A stretch of DNA of 53,132 bases from Pseudomonadales bacterium (GTDB taxonomy: Bacteria; Pseudomonadota; Gammaproteobacteria; Pseudomonadales; Azotimanducaceae), in the NCBI GenBank assembly GCA_047920935.1, contig JBLRXD010000001.1, positions 8,885 to 62,016 on the forward strand, given 5' to 3'. This document shows, piece after piece, positions 7,724 through 17,390 of the stretch. The translations under genes were made by a program, and so were the position numbers. The notes beneath the pieces are model-generated. The model was not told the origin of the DNA, ran no database searches, and saw only the letters and a program-made list of their open reading frames with translations. Within the stretch, counting starts at the first letter, position 1, and each line of letters starts with the position of its first letter.

Positions 7724-10162
7724 TCAGAACAGGCCCAGCTGCCGGTCGTCGCCGATGACCTGGTCGAAATCCAGCCCCACGCTCTGCAGCACCGGCTCGG
7801 CCACCGGCCGCACCTGCCGCTGCAGATAGTGCTCGCGATCCACAGGCGCGGTGCGGGCATCCAGCGGCTCGGGCCCGGCCATGGTCATGACGTACGCGAC
7901 GATCCGACCTGGCGCCCGCGCTGACTTGCGCGCCGCCGCTACGTGGGGCGGCGTGTTGGCGGTATAGGCCTCTACCGGCTTGCGCAATCCCTTCCGATAC
8001 ACCAGCAGCTCGTCCAGCTCACCGCGACGCAGCGCGCTCACCACCTCCAGCAGATAAGCGTCCAGCGGCTTGTCGGCAAACAGCCGCTGGTGAAGCTCGC
8101 GCTGGACCAACTTCGCAAGAGCCGTCCAGTCCCGGCGCACCACCTCCATGCCGACGAACTCCACCTCCCCGGGCGGCCCACCGTAGCGCTGCCCGGCGTA
8201 GCGTTTCCGGGCGCCGGCGGATCCGTGGCGCACCGACGGCAGCAGCAGCCGCACGTAGAGCTTCTCGAACTGCAGCTCCAACGCGCTGTCGACACGCCAG
8301 CGCGCGGCGACGTAGCTGCGCAGGTCGGCATTCAGCTCCTGCACCAGGCGTTCGGCCAACGCCACGGCCGATCGGGCCTCCGCCTGATTCGAACGCACGA
8401 ACAGGCTATCGGTGTCGCCGTAAAGAACCTGGTACCCACGCGCCTCGAACCAGGCCTGCGACCACTTGAGAAAGTGACGGCCCTGAGCGGTGATCGCGTT
8501 GGCTATGGCCGGGTTGTGAAACCTGCAGGCGGGGGTTCCGAGCACGCCGTAGAACGAGTTCATGAGGATCTTGATGGCTTGGGCCGCCACCGCGTCCCCG
8601 CTGCGCTTCGCAGCCTCCCGCCGGGGGAACAGGTCGTCCAACATGGCTGGGAGAATGCCGGGCTGCCGGCGGAAGCCGACGGCATTTTCCAGCACGATCA
8701 GGTCTTCGTCGGTCGTCGCGTTCGTCGTCATGTCGCCCGGGGCGGCCACGAATCCCATCGGATCGATGTTGAAGGTGCGAATCAGGCTCGGATAGAGACT
8801 CTTGAAGTCGAAAACCCAGACCTGCTCATGAAGCCCGACACGAGGTTCCAGCACGTGGCCACCGGCCTGCACCGTGTGCGTCCGAGCAGCGACGGCCCGC
8901 AACGTCGGCGCGGCGTGGCGCCGCTTGCGCAAAGCCGCCAGATAGAGGAAGTCGAACGACGCGATGCTGGCCGCCACCCGATCGGGGGTCATGCCGGTCA
9001 GGCGGCTGCGGGCAAATGCCAGCGTCACCAGGTCGAGGCGCTCGAGGATAGCCAGCGGCAGCCTTGCGTCGGTGCGGGCGTAGCGGGCGAATGCCGGCAG
9101 GTCGTGCCGATAGTTGCCGAGAATCTCCGCCAATCGATCATGGTTGGCGCCCTCGAGCGCCTTGCCCTCGCCCAGCACCTGGCGCGCCACCGCGTCGAGG
9201 CTGTAGTCGTCGGTGCGCACGAAGGCGCCGCGCAGCAGCGCGATGCCATCGAGCACCAGGCGCCCGGCGATGCTGGCGCTGGCGCTGCCGAAGTAGCCGT
9301 TGGCGGCGCGAATCCTGACGCCATCCTGATCGCGGCCCAGGCAGAGCGGCTGGCCCACCCGCTCTGCCACACGCGCGAGCACGGCCAGATCGAAATCCAC
9401 CACGTTCCAGCCGGTGAGCACGTCCGGATCCAACTCTGCCACGCGAGCGCAGAACGCCCGCAGCAGCGCCGCTTCGGTGGCGAACAGCCGCGCCGCTTCG
9501 GCGGCGAGCAGCCGCACCTGCTCCGGCGGCGGGGCGTCAGCAACGACGATGAGCACCTCGTCGGCGCCCAACCCGTAAAGCGAGATAGCCAGCAGCGCAT
9601 CCCGGCCGGGGTCGGTCTCGATGTCGAACGCCAGCACCCGAGGCTGACTCGTGGCGCCGGGCCCCGGATCCGGCTCCACCTCGGGATCGTCGAACACCAG
9701 GTCGACGCCCTCGCCCGGCTGCGATTCGCCGCGGATCAGACAGCAGCCCTTGATGTCGCGATCGATGAGATACCGCGCGGCGAAGCGAACGTCGGCCTCG
9801 TAGGTATCGATCCCCGCCGCGTGCAGCCGGTCGGACACGGCGACGACATCAGCTGGCAAGCGCAGCTCCACGCGGCACAGCGCCTCGCCGCCGAGGCTGT
9901 GCAGGTCGCAGACTTGCGGTTGCAGACCGCAGGCGACCCGCGCGCCCTCGGCATCGCCACGACGGACGTAGAAGTAGGGCCGCTGCCGGGCATCTCGCAC
10001 CAGAAAGCTACGGCCGTCGTCGAGGCGCCCGTAAAGATGCACCACGGGCACCGGCGGGCGCCCGTCGGTGCCGGACCGGACGCGGTAGCTGGCCTGGAAA
10101 ATGACGCCGCGGTGGTGCATGCCGCCATTGTCGCGCGGATGGCGCCGCAACGCGCTGCTCAT
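7724..10162 (-). CDS. polB: DNA polymerase II (family B)
   Basis: 812 aa with the exonuclease motif LAFDIETD and the polymerase motif YGDTDSLFV. GGAGCG lies 5 nt upstream of ATG 10162. Confidence 0.9.
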   Translation of the reverse strand: MSSALRRHPRDNGGMHHRGVIFQASYRVRSGTDGRPPVPVVHLYGRLDDGRSFLVRDARQRPYFYVRRGDAEGARVACGLQPQVCDLHSLGGEALCRVELRLPADVVAVSDRLHAAGIDTYEADVRFAARYLIDRDIKGCCLIRGESQPGEGVDLVFDDPEVEPDPGPGATSQPRVLAFDIETDPGRDALLAISLYGLGADEVLIVVADAPPPEQVRLLAAEAARLFATEAALLRAFCARVAELDPDVLTGWNVVDFDLAVLARVAERVGQPLCLGRDQDGVRIRAANGYFGSASASIAGRLVLDGIALLRGAFVRTDDYSLDAVARQVLGEGKALEGANHDRLAEILGNYRHDLPAFARYARTDARLPLAILERLDLVTLAFARSRLTGMTPDRVAASIASFDFLYLAALRKRRHAAPTLRAVAARTHTVQAGGHVLEPRVGLHEQVWVFDFKSLYPSLIRTFNIDPMGFVAAPGDMTTNATTDEDLIVLENAVGFRRQPGILPAMLDDLFPRREAAKRSGDAVAAQAIKILMNSFYGVLGTPACRFHNPAIANAITAQGRHFLKWSQAWFEARGYQVLYGDTDSLFVRSNQAEARSAVALAERLVQELNADLRSYVAARWRVDSALELQFEKLYVRLLLPSVRHGSAGARKRYAGQRYGGPPGEVEFVGMEVVRRDWTALAKLVQRELHQRLFADKPLDAYLLEVVSALRRGELDELLVYRKGLRKPVEAYTANTPPHVAAARKSARAPGRIVAYVMTMAGPEPLDARTAPVDREHYLQRQVRPVAEPVLQSVGLDFDQVIGDDRQLGLF

Positions 10163-10223
10163 CGTGCGCTCCGGACTCTGGCATCAGCAGCCTTCACATC
10201 CTGCTCACGGCCGACAAAGCACA

Positions 10224-10252
10224 TTGGCAGCCTCATCCAGCCGCTCTAGAAT
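10224..10252 (+). promoter_or_regulatory. sigma70-like promoter placed to give a leaderless response-regulator mRNA
   Basis: TTGGCA (10224..10229), a 17-nt spacer, TAGAAT (10247..10252), then 6 nt and ATG at 10259. No Shine-Dalgarno sequence lies between. Confidence 0.4.
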
Positions 10253-10258
10253 CCGTAC

Positions 10259-10972
10259 ATGTCCCGCGATCACCAAGGTAGCGTGCTGCTGGTCGAAGAC
10301 CATCCGGAGCTCGCCGGCACCGTCGGCGATTACCTGGAGGCAAAAGGCTATCTGGTCGATTTTGCCGCCGACGGCCTGATGGCCATGCAGCTCGCCGCGA
10401 GCGAGCGCTTCGACGCCATCATCCTCGACGTTATGCTTCCCGGGCTCGATGGCATCCAGGTGTGCCGCCGGCTGCGCAAGGAACATCATCTCACCACGCC
10501 GATTCTGATGCTGACCGCCCGCGACCAGCTCGACGACAAGCTTGCGGGGTTCGAAGTCGGCGCCGACGACTACCTGGTCAAGCCCTTCGACATGCCCGAG
10601 CTGGTGGCGCGGCTCGATGCGCTGATCCGTCGCGGTCGCGGCATCGAGTCGATCTATTCGGTAGGCGAACTGACCATGAATCTCGAGACCATGGAAGTTC
10701 ATCGCGGCGGCCAGGAGATCAAGCTGTCGCGAACCATGTTCGACATCCTGCGGGTGCTGCTGCGGGAGTCGCCCAAGGTGGTTCCGCGCGAGACCCTGGA
10801 GCGCGAGCTGTGGGGCGACGACCTGCCGGACAGCGATACCCTGCGCAGCCATCTCTACAACCTGCGGCGCGCGGTGGACAAACCCTTCGACCACCCACTG
10901 ATCGAGACCCTGGCAGGGCGCGGCTATCGCATCCGCACCCTGGCGTCCGCCGACGGCGCGCAGCCGGGCTGA
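10259..10972 (+). CDS. OmpR/PhoB-family response regulator
   Basis: Receiver domain (LLVEDHPEL..., DAIILDVMLPGLDG) followed by a C-terminal winged-helix domain (...LRSHLYNLRRAVD...IETLAGRGYRI). Confidence 0.9.
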   Translation: MSRDHQGSVLLVEDHPELAGTVGDYLEAKGYLVDFAADGLMAMQLAASERFDAIILDVMLPGLDGIQVCRRLRKEHHLTTPILMLTARDQLDDKLAGFEVGADDYLVKPFDMPELVARLDALIRRGRGIESIYSVGELTMNLETMEVHRGGQEIKLSRTMFDILRVLLRESPKVVPRETLERELWGDDLPDSDTLRSHLYNLRRAVDKPFDHPLIETLAGRGYRIRTLASADGAQPG

Positions 10973-10976
10973 CCCA

Positions 10977-12383
10977 TTGCGAACGCTGGTCTGGTTGCGC
11001 AACGATCTGCGGGTGGCCGACAACCCGGCACTGTCGAGCGCCATGGAGGCGGGTGAGGCGGTGGCCGTGTTCTGCATCTGCGCGCGCCAATGGCGTGCTC
11101 ATGATGTCGGCGACAACCGGCTGGGGTTCCTGCTCGACAGCCTGCATGGCCTCGCCGCCGAGCTGGGGCGCCTGGGGGTGCCGCTGCGCATCATCACCGA
11201 ACCGTGGTTCGCCGACGTGCCGCGACGCCTGGTCAAGCTCGCCACCGAACTGGGCGCCGGCGCACTGGTGTGTAACGACGAGTATCCGTTGAACGAGCAG
11301 CTGCGGGATGCCCAGGTCGCTCGCGCCTGCGCCGACGCCGGCATCGCCATGCACATGCACCACGCCGGCACGCTGCTGCCGCCAGGCGCAGTGCTTACCC
11401 AGAGCGGCGAACCGTACACCGTGTTCAGCCCCTTCAAAAAACGCTGGATGTCCCGGCTCGAGCCGGCAGGCTATGAGCCGCTGGCGGTGCCGCGGCGCCA
11501 GCGGCGGCCCTCGGTTGCGGATTCGCCCCTGCCGCAACGGCTCGACGGCGTGGCCCGGGATCAGGTCGAGGGACGCTGGCCCGGAGGCCCTGCGGAAGCC
11601 CAGCGACGACTGCAGGAGTTCGTCAGCGATCGGGTGCTGCGCTACCACCAGGACCGCGACTTTCCCGCTCTCGACGGCACCAGCACGCTATCCCCGTACC
11701 TGGCCGTCGGCAGCATCTCGGCTCGCCAGTGCCTGCACGCCGCGGTGCAGGCCAACGGCGGCAGCCTGCACAGCGGCTCACCCGGCGTGCTGGCCTGGAT
11801 CAACGAGCTCGTCTGGCGTGACTTTTACCGCCACGTCGTGGCCCACTTCCCCCACGTCAGCCGCGGCCGCGCCTTCCGCCGCGAGATGGACGCCATGCCC
11901 TGGCGTCACGCTCCTGCCGAATACCAAGCCTGGAAGGCCGGCCGCACCGGGTATCCGCTGGTAGACGCGGCCATGCGACAACTGGCCGAGACCGGCTGGA
12001 TGCACAACCGGCTGCGCATGGTGACCGCCATGTTTCTGAGCAAGCACCTGCTGCTGGATTGGCGCCTCGGCGAGCGCCACTTCATGAACCTGCTGGTGGA
12101 CGGCGACTTCGCCGCCAACAACGGCGGCTGGCAATGGAGCGCGGCCACCGGCACCGATGCCGCGCCCTACTTCCGGATCTTCAATCCCGTCACCCAGGCA
12201 CAGCGTTTCGACCCCCAAGGCACGTTCGTCCGCCGCTACGTAGCGGAATTGCGCGAAGCGCCGTTGCCTGCGGTGCTCGATCCGGCAAAGCACGGCTTTG
12301 TGGGCTACCCGCGCCCCATGGTCGATCACAGGGCCGCCCGGCAGCGGGCGCTCGACAGCTTCAAGGCGCTGCGCCGCGGCTGA
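10977..12383 (+). CDS. phrB: deoxyribodipyrimidine photolyase
   Basis: The start TTG 10977 lies 4 nt after the response-regulator stop. The N-terminus is RTLVWLRNDLRVADNPAL and the C-terminal FAD-binding region contains WMHNRLRMVTAMFL...GGWQW. Confidence 0.9.
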   Translation: MRTLVWLRNDLRVADNPALSSAMEAGEAVAVFCICARQWRAHDVGDNRLGFLLDSLHGLAAELGRLGVPLRIITEPWFADVPRRLVKLATELGAGALVCNDEYPLNEQLRDAQVARACADAGIAMHMHHAGTLLPPGAVLTQSGEPYTVFSPFKKRWMSRLEPAGYEPLAVPRRQRRPSVADSPLPQRLDGVARDQVEGRWPGGPAEAQRRLQEFVSDRVLRYHQDRDFPALDGTSTLSPYLAVGSISARQCLHAAVQANGGSLHSGSPGVLAWINELVWRDFYRHVVAHFPHVSRGRAFRREMDAMPWRHAPAEYQAWKAGRTGYPLVDAAMRQLAETGWMHNRLRMVTAMFLSKHLLLDWRLGERHFMNLLVDGDFAANNGGWQWSAATGTDAAPYFRIFNPVTQAQRFDPQGTFVRRYVAELREAPLPAVLDPAKHGFVGYPRPMVDHRAARQRALDSFKALRRG

Positions 12384-12461
12384 ACCGCTGCGAGTGTTGC
12401 ATCAGGCGCCACCGGAGTAGTATTTGCGCTGCGTCAATTCGGTCTGTCGACGGGGAGCCTC

Positions 12462-13046
12462 ATGGAAGCTGCAAACATCCAATCCGTGCCAGCCAGCCAG
12501 CGAGGCAAAGTGATACCCACCATCGTCCTGGCGTTCGCCGCCGATCCGCTGGTGCGCTGGCTGTGGCCAGACGCCGGCGCCTACCTCGGCGCCATGCCGG
12601 AACTCACCGTCGCCTTTGCTGGGGGCGCATTCGACCACGGTAGCGCCTTCTGCAACGCGGATTACTCCGCCGCCGCACTGTGGCTGCCCCCCCAGATCAG
12701 CCCCGACAGCGAAACCCTCGGCGCCCTGGTGCAGCGCACGGTGGCGCCTGAGACCCTGGCGGAGATGGCCGGCGTGTCGGAGCAGATGGCCGAGCACCAC
12801 CCGGATGAACCCCACTGGTACCTGCCGCTCATCGGTGTGGATCCGGCCCGGCAGGGCCGTGGCCAGGGCGCCGCGCTGATGAAGCACGCGCTGCGCCGGT
12901 TCGATGCGGATGGCGCCGTGGCGTATCTGGAATCCACCAACCCGCGCAACATCTCCCTGTATGAGCGCCACGGCTTCGAAGCCGTGGGCCGCATCCAGGC
13001 CGGGTCGTCGCCGGTCATCGTGCCCATGCTGCGCCAGCCGAGTTGA
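12462..13046 (+). CDS. GNAT-family N-acetyltransferase
   Basis: Acetyl-CoA-binding-like motif RQGRGQGAALMKHAL. GGGGAG lies upstream of the ATG. Confidence 0.75.
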   Translation: MEAANIQSVPASQRGKVIPTIVLAFAADPLVRWLWPDAGAYLGAMPELTVAFAGGAFDHGSAFCNADYSAAALWLPPQISPDSETLGALVQRTVAPETLAEMAGVSEQMAEHHPDEPHWYLPLIGVDPARQGRGQGAALMKHALRRFDADGAVAYLESTNPRNISLYERHGFEAVGRIQAGSSPVIVPMLRQPS

Positions 13047-13156
13047 GGCGGAACTGCAGATCTCGCCATGTCTCAGGTGATCTTCGCAACCGCGCGCCTG
13101 AGATGCTGCAGGGCGTTGGATTCCTTGTCTTACATGCCTGTCCGCCGGAGCCGATC

Positions 13157-13447
13157 ATGATCCTGGAACTCGCCACGCTCGACGTCATACCAGGCAGGGA
13201 GGAAGAATTCGAAGCCGCTTTCGCCGGCGCCCAGAGCATCATCGCCTCGATGCCCGGCTACCTCGACCATGAGTTGCAGAGCTGTGTGGAAAACCCGGGG
13301 CGCTATGTCCTGCTGGTGCGCTGGGCGCGCCTCGAAGATCACACCATGGGATTCCGCGGTTCCCCTCAGTATCAGCAGTGGAAGGCGCTGCTGCACCACT
13401 TCTACCATCCATTTCCTCTGGTGGAGCATTACGAGAGGATCCTCTAG
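13157..13447 (+). CDS. antibiotic-biosynthesis-monooxygenase (ABM) domain protein
   Basis: 96 aa from ATG 13157, with GGAG 6 nt upstream. The sequence MILELATLDVIPGREEEFEAAF...LLVRWARLEDH is typical of the ABM fold. Confidence 0.75.
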   Translation: MILELATLDVIPGREEEFEAAFAGAQSIIASMPGYLDHELQSCVENPGRYVLLVRWARLEDHTMGFRGSPQYQQWKALLHHFYHPFPLVEHYERIL

Positions 13448-13542
13448 CCCAGCAGAACGGCTCATGTCGCTGCCGTTCACGCAGCTTTCACCGATACCTG
13501 GCTACCTTGAGCAGGTAATCAACGTCATCGGAAAGCCAGCAC

Positions 13543-14490
13543 ATGAGCACAATGCAAGCCCTCCTCGCCCTGATGCCCGACATCGCCGGGCGCCCGCACG
13601 CCAAACCCCAGGGCACACTCGACTGGGTGGGCATGAGCGACATCCATCAGCCCATCCTGGTGCGAGACGGCAGCGAGGAGCAGCGCGTCCAGGCGAACGT
13701 GCAGGTCTATGTGGATCTCAACGATCCTCACGCCAAAGGCATTCACATGTCGCGGCTGTACCTGCTGCTCGACGAGCACGCCCGCACCCGGCCGCTGTCG
13801 GTGGCGGGGCTGAAGATGCTGCTCAGTGCCCTGTACGGCTCTCATGCCGATCTCAGCACCCGAGCTTTCGTGCAGTTCGACTTCAACTTCGAACTGCGCC
13901 AGGCGGCCTTGCTCTCCGACAACGCCGGCTGGGCTTCCTATCCGGTCACCCTCAAGGGCAGCTGGGTCGACGGCGAGATGCAGATCGAACTCGGCGTGCG
14001 CGTCACCTATTCCAGCACCTGCCCTTGCTCGGCCGCTCTAGCCCGCCAGCTGATTCAGCGAGCTTTTGCCGAGCGTTTCGGTTCCCAGGCGGACATGAGT
14101 TTCGAGGACGTCAGCGCCTGGCTCGGCACCGAGCAGGGAATCCTCGCCACGCCGCACAGTCAGCGCAGCTTCGCCATCGCCAAAGTGGCACTGGCCGATC
14201 ACGTGCGCGACCTGCCGCTACGGTCGCTCATCGAGGGGCTGGAGGGTGCCCTGGGCACGCCGGTGCAGACCGCGGTGAAGCGCGAGGATGAGCAGGAATT
14301 CGCCCGGTTGAACGGCGAAAACCTGATGTTCTGTGAAGATGCCGGGCGCAAGCTGCAGGCGGCGCTGGATCGGGATGATCGCTTCAGCGATTTCTGGGTG
14401 CGCATCGAGCACCACGAAAGCCTGCACGCTCACAATGCCGTCGCCATCGTCACCAAAGGCGTCGACGGCGGGTTCCTGCCGACCCCCTGA
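13543..14490 (+). CDS. folE2: GTP cyclohydrolase I type 2 (FolE2/MptA family)
   Basis: 315 aa with ...DPHAKGIHMSRLY..., YSSTCPCSAAL, ...MFCEDAGRKL... and ESLHAHNAVA, motifs characteristic of FolE2. Confidence 0.85.
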   Translation: MSTMQALLALMPDIAGRPHAKPQGTLDWVGMSDIHQPILVRDGSEEQRVQANVQVYVDLNDPHAKGIHMSRLYLLLDEHARTRPLSVAGLKMLLSALYGSHADLSTRAFVQFDFNFELRQAALLSDNAGWASYPVTLKGSWVDGEMQIELGVRVTYSSTCPCSAALARQLIQRAFAERFGSQADMSFEDVSAWLGTEQGILATPHSQRSFAIAKVALADHVRDLPLRSLIEGLEGALGTPVQTAVKREDEQEFARLNGENLMFCEDAGRKLQAALDRDDRFSDFWVRIEHHESLHAHNAVAIVTKGVDGGFLPTP

Positions 14491-14500
14491 AGCCGCCACC

Positions 14501-15787
14501 TCAGCCGACGAAGCGCACCTCGATGGTGGTGCCTTCGCCGGGGCGGCTGTGGGCGGAGATCGTCCAGCCGAACTGTCGTACCAGGCGCTTGACGATGGCC
14601 AGCCCGAGCCCGTGTCCGCGCGTCAGCCCGCGACTTTCGTCAGCTCGGTAGAACGGGTCGAACGCGCGTTCCAGCTCCTCTCCCGACATGCCGATGCCGG
14701 TGTCCGCGACCCGCACGCTGACCGCGGTGACGGTGACATCGACGTTGCCGTCACGCGTGTAGTTGATGGCGTTGCGCAGCAGATTGCCGATGACGATTTC
14801 CACCACCTTGGCCGGGGCGCGCACCTTCAACGCCGCCTGCTCGTGGACGCTCAGCGTATTGCCGGAAGCCTGCACCAGCGGTGACAGCGCGTCCATCTGC
14901 CGCTCCACCAGATCGTTGACGACCACGTCTTCCCGGGGAATTTCCATCTCACTCTCTCGGGCGAGCATCAGCAGGGTCTCGAGCAGTGCTTCCATGTCCT
15001 GCACGGTGCGTCGCATGCGCGCCAGCGCCTTGCGCTCCCCGGGCGGACGGTCCGGGTTTTCTTCCAGCAGATCCAGCGACCCCTTGAACACCGCCACCGG
15101 GGTGCGCAACTCGTGGCCCGCGTCACGGGTGAAGACCCGCTCCCGCTCGACGAACGCCTTGAGGCGGTCGGAGAACGTCGCCACGGCGTTGATCATCGAC
15201 AGCACCTCGGCATCGGCCACCTCCCGCAGCGGGTTCAGATCCACGTGCAGCGTGGTGTCGTGCTCGAAATCGAAGCGTTCGAGCCGATGGGCGAGCTGGA
15301 CGATGGGCGAGATCGCCTGCTGCGACAACCGATAAGCGAGAAACGACAGCCCGTAAATGACAAGCAGAACCACGGCCAACGGGACGATGCCGAAGACGAA
15401 GGCGATCTCGTAGATCTGCGCCTTCGCCCACACCAGATACAGCCGACGGCCGTCACGCTCCGACACATGCACCAGCTGCTCGCCAGCGGCAACGCTGCGC
15501 ACCACTTCATCGGGCGGAATCTCCCGCAGCGGCTCGGGTATGCTGCGCAGATCACCGGCCGGGGCCATGTAGCTGCGCATGTTGGAGGTATCGGGCAGCG
15601 CTGCTGCCGGATCCTGCTCGAGACGCTGCCAGAAATATTCCGCCTCGGTTTCCAGACCTTCGCGCAGCACCAGATCGACGATGATGGTGTTGGCAAAGTA
15701 GATGCCGATGAGGGTGGCAATGCTGATGATGCCCACCTGGATGGCAAAAACCCGAACCAGCTTTGCCCGCAGGCCCTTTCGCTGCAA
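14501..15787 (-). CDS. sensor histidine kinase (two transmembrane segments, periplasmic loop)
   Basis: H-box DAGHELRTPVAV, N-box LLRNAINY, and G-boxes DTGIGM / GHGLGLAIV. The start TTG 15787 lies 33 nt after the cfa stop. Confidence 0.85.
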   Translation of the reverse strand: MQRKGLRAKLVRVFAIQVGIISIATLIGIYFANTIIVDLVLREGLETEAEYFWQRLEQDPAAALPDTSNMRSYMAPAGDLRSIPEPLREIPPDEVVRSVAAGEQLVHVSERDGRRLYLVWAKAQIYEIAFVFGIVPLAVVLLVIYGLSFLAYRLSQQAISPIVQLAHRLERFDFEHDTTLHVDLNPLREVADAEVLSMINAVATFSDRLKAFVERERVFTRDAGHELRTPVAVFKGSLDLLEENPDRPPGERKALARMRRTVQDMEALLETLLMLARESEMEIPREDVVVNDLVERQMDALSPLVQASGNTLSVHEQAALKVRAPAKVVEIVIGNLLRNAINYTRDGNVDVTVTAVSVRVADTGIGMSGEELERAFDPFYRADESRGLTRGHGLGLAIVKRLVRQFGWTISAHSRPGEGTTIEVRFVG

Positions 15788-15820
15788 CGTCTTCCCCTGC
15801 TCGGCTATGAACGCCGTACC

Positions 15821-16861
15821 CTACCGGACGCGACGCTTGTGGAACAGATAGTGGCACACCAGCCACTCGCTGCCATCCCGGTAGCCGAACAGCTCTTCGC
15901 AGGCCATGAAGAACATCCGCCAGCGCTGCACCCAACGAGCAACCTCCGCGTCGCCGTAAACCGGCTGCAGCGCCTGGGTCACGGCGTCGGCGTTGCAGTC
16001 GAGGTTGTCGAGCCAGGCCCGCGCGGTGCGCCGATAGTTGCTGCCGGATAGACTCCAGCGCCGCTGTATCTGCAGGTCTTCCTGGAAGAACAGCAGGGTG
16101 TCAGCCGCCGGCATCAGCCCGCCGGTGAAAAAGTAGCGCGCCATCCAGTTGGCGTCGCCATGAGCCTCGTACGGGTACAGCAGGTTGCGGTGGCAGAAGA
16201 TGTGCACGAACAATCTGCCGTCGTCATCCAGCCAGCTGGCAATCCGGTTGAGCAGCAGTGCGTAATTGCGCACGTGCTCGAACATCTCCACCGAGATCAC
16301 CCTGTCGAAACGACCGTCGAGCTGCAGGTCGTTGACGTCGGCTGTGAGAACGGTGACGTTCTTCAAGCCGCGTTGTTGCGCCTGCCACTCGATGTAGCAA
16401 CGCTGACCGGCAGAGTTTGACACCGCGGTGAAGGTGCTTCCGGGAAACCGCTCGGCCGCCCACAGCGTGAACGAACCCCAGCCGCAGCCGAGATCCAGCA
16501 CCCGCTGACCGTCGACCAACAGCGCGCGCTGTGCGTAAAGCGCGAGCATCTGATGCTCCGCGGCATCCAGATCGGTCGCGCCGCCGTCCCAGTAGGCGCT
16601 GCTGTACTTGAGGTGGGCGCCGAGCACGAGCCGAAAGAAGTCGGCAGGCACTTCGTAGTGCTGAGCATTGGCGCGATCCGCGTGCAGGGCGATGCTGCTC
16701 GCGGCCAGCTCCGCGAGCAGCCGCTGATAACGCTCGTCCCGCACCTCCGGATTGCTTCCGTGCTCCTCACGGAGGTGCCGCGCGACCAGGCGGCGAATGC
16801 CGACGCGAACCAGCGTGTCGGGGACGTACCTCGACTCCGCCAGATCAATGAGCACGCTCAA
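15821..16861 (-). CDS. cfa: cyclopropane-fatty-acyl-phospholipid synthase family SAM methyltransferase
   Basis: SAM motif VLDLGCGWGSF and ...VISVEMFEHV. TTG 16861 is preceded by AAGGAG. The ORF-track 5' extension overlaps the upstream gene. Confidence 0.85.
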   Translation of the reverse strand: MSVLIDLAESRYVPDTLVRVGIRRLVARHLREEHGSNPEVRDERYQRLLAELAASSIALHADRANAQHYEVPADFFRLVLGAHLKYSSAYWDGGATDLDAAEHQMLALYAQRALLVDGQRVLDLGCGWGSFTLWAAERFPGSTFTAVSNSAGQRCYIEWQAQQRGLKNVTVLTADVNDLQLDGRFDRVISVEMFEHVRNYALLLNRIASWLDDDGRLFVHIFCHRNLLYPYEAHGDANWMARYFFTGGLMPAADTLLFFQEDLQIQRRWSLSGSNYRRTARAWLDNLDCNADAVTQALQPVYGDAEVARWVQRWRMFFMACEELFGYRDGSEWLVCHYLFHKRRVR

Positions 16862-17378
16862 AGTCACTCCTTCGGCGCAGGTTCGGCTGGCTCTCCACGC
16901 GCGACAGGGCGAACACCGCCGCGAACAGCGGCGCCCAGACCAGCGATACCAAAGCCAAATGCCACGGGTCGGCAATGGTCACCGCGCCGAAGCGCTCCCC
17001 AGCGAGATAGCTGAGCGGCGCCGAAGCGCCCGCCAGCAACCCGCCCAGCCAGGGCCGCGCCTTGAACATGGACAAGCTGTGGTTGATGCTCAGGCCGACG
17101 CCGACCCACAGCATGACGATCCACAGCGGCGCGATGCCCGCGCCGGCATAGTCGAGAATCCCGGTGCGTATCCACACGGTATCGATGACGAAGCCGATGC
17201 AGGCCGCCACGCAACCCAGCACCAGATCGTGGTCGCGCGTCCTGCCGAGCAGCGCGAAGACGATCAACGAAGCCACCGCCGCCGCGCCCCACAAATTGCT
17301 GCCCTGCGCGCCACCGAGCACGCAGGCGAACCACGCGGCCTGAAACAGCACCCCGTTGATCAGATTACCGTGACTCAC
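16845..17378 (-). CDS. DUF2878-family membrane protein
   Basis: 177-aa polytopic protein. NGVLFQAAWFACVLGG... resembles DUF2878 proteins that commonly accompany cfa clusters (from memory). Confidence 0.65.
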   Translation of the reverse strand: MSHGNLINGVLFQAAWFACVLGGAQGSNLWGAAAVASLIVFALLGRTRDHDLVLGCVAACIGFVIDTVWIRTGILDYAGAGIAPLWIVMLWVGVGLSINHSLSMFKARPWLGGLLAGASAPLSYLAGERFGAVTIADPWHLALVSLVWAPLFAAVFALSRVESQPNLRRRSDFERAH

Positions 17379-17390
17379 TGGCCCAGATTC

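Noticed and set aside
7943-10249. 768-aa ORF on the + strand
   Set aside because: It is antisense to polB, which carries the FDIETD and YGDTDS motifs. The sequence is low-complexity and Arg/Gly/His-rich, so it is a shadow ORF.
10163-10258. LexA/SOS box upstream of polB
   Set aside because: I looked for CTGT-N8-ACAG-type sites, because E. coli polB is SOS-regulated, and found none in the polB upstream region.
13448-13542. Zur box or riboswitch upstream of folE2
   Set aside because: folE2 is often Zur-regulated, but no AT-rich palindrome resembling a Zur box is present. There is only a 7-bp GC hairpin (GAACGGC...GCCGTTC) after the ABM gene, which is more likely a weak terminator.
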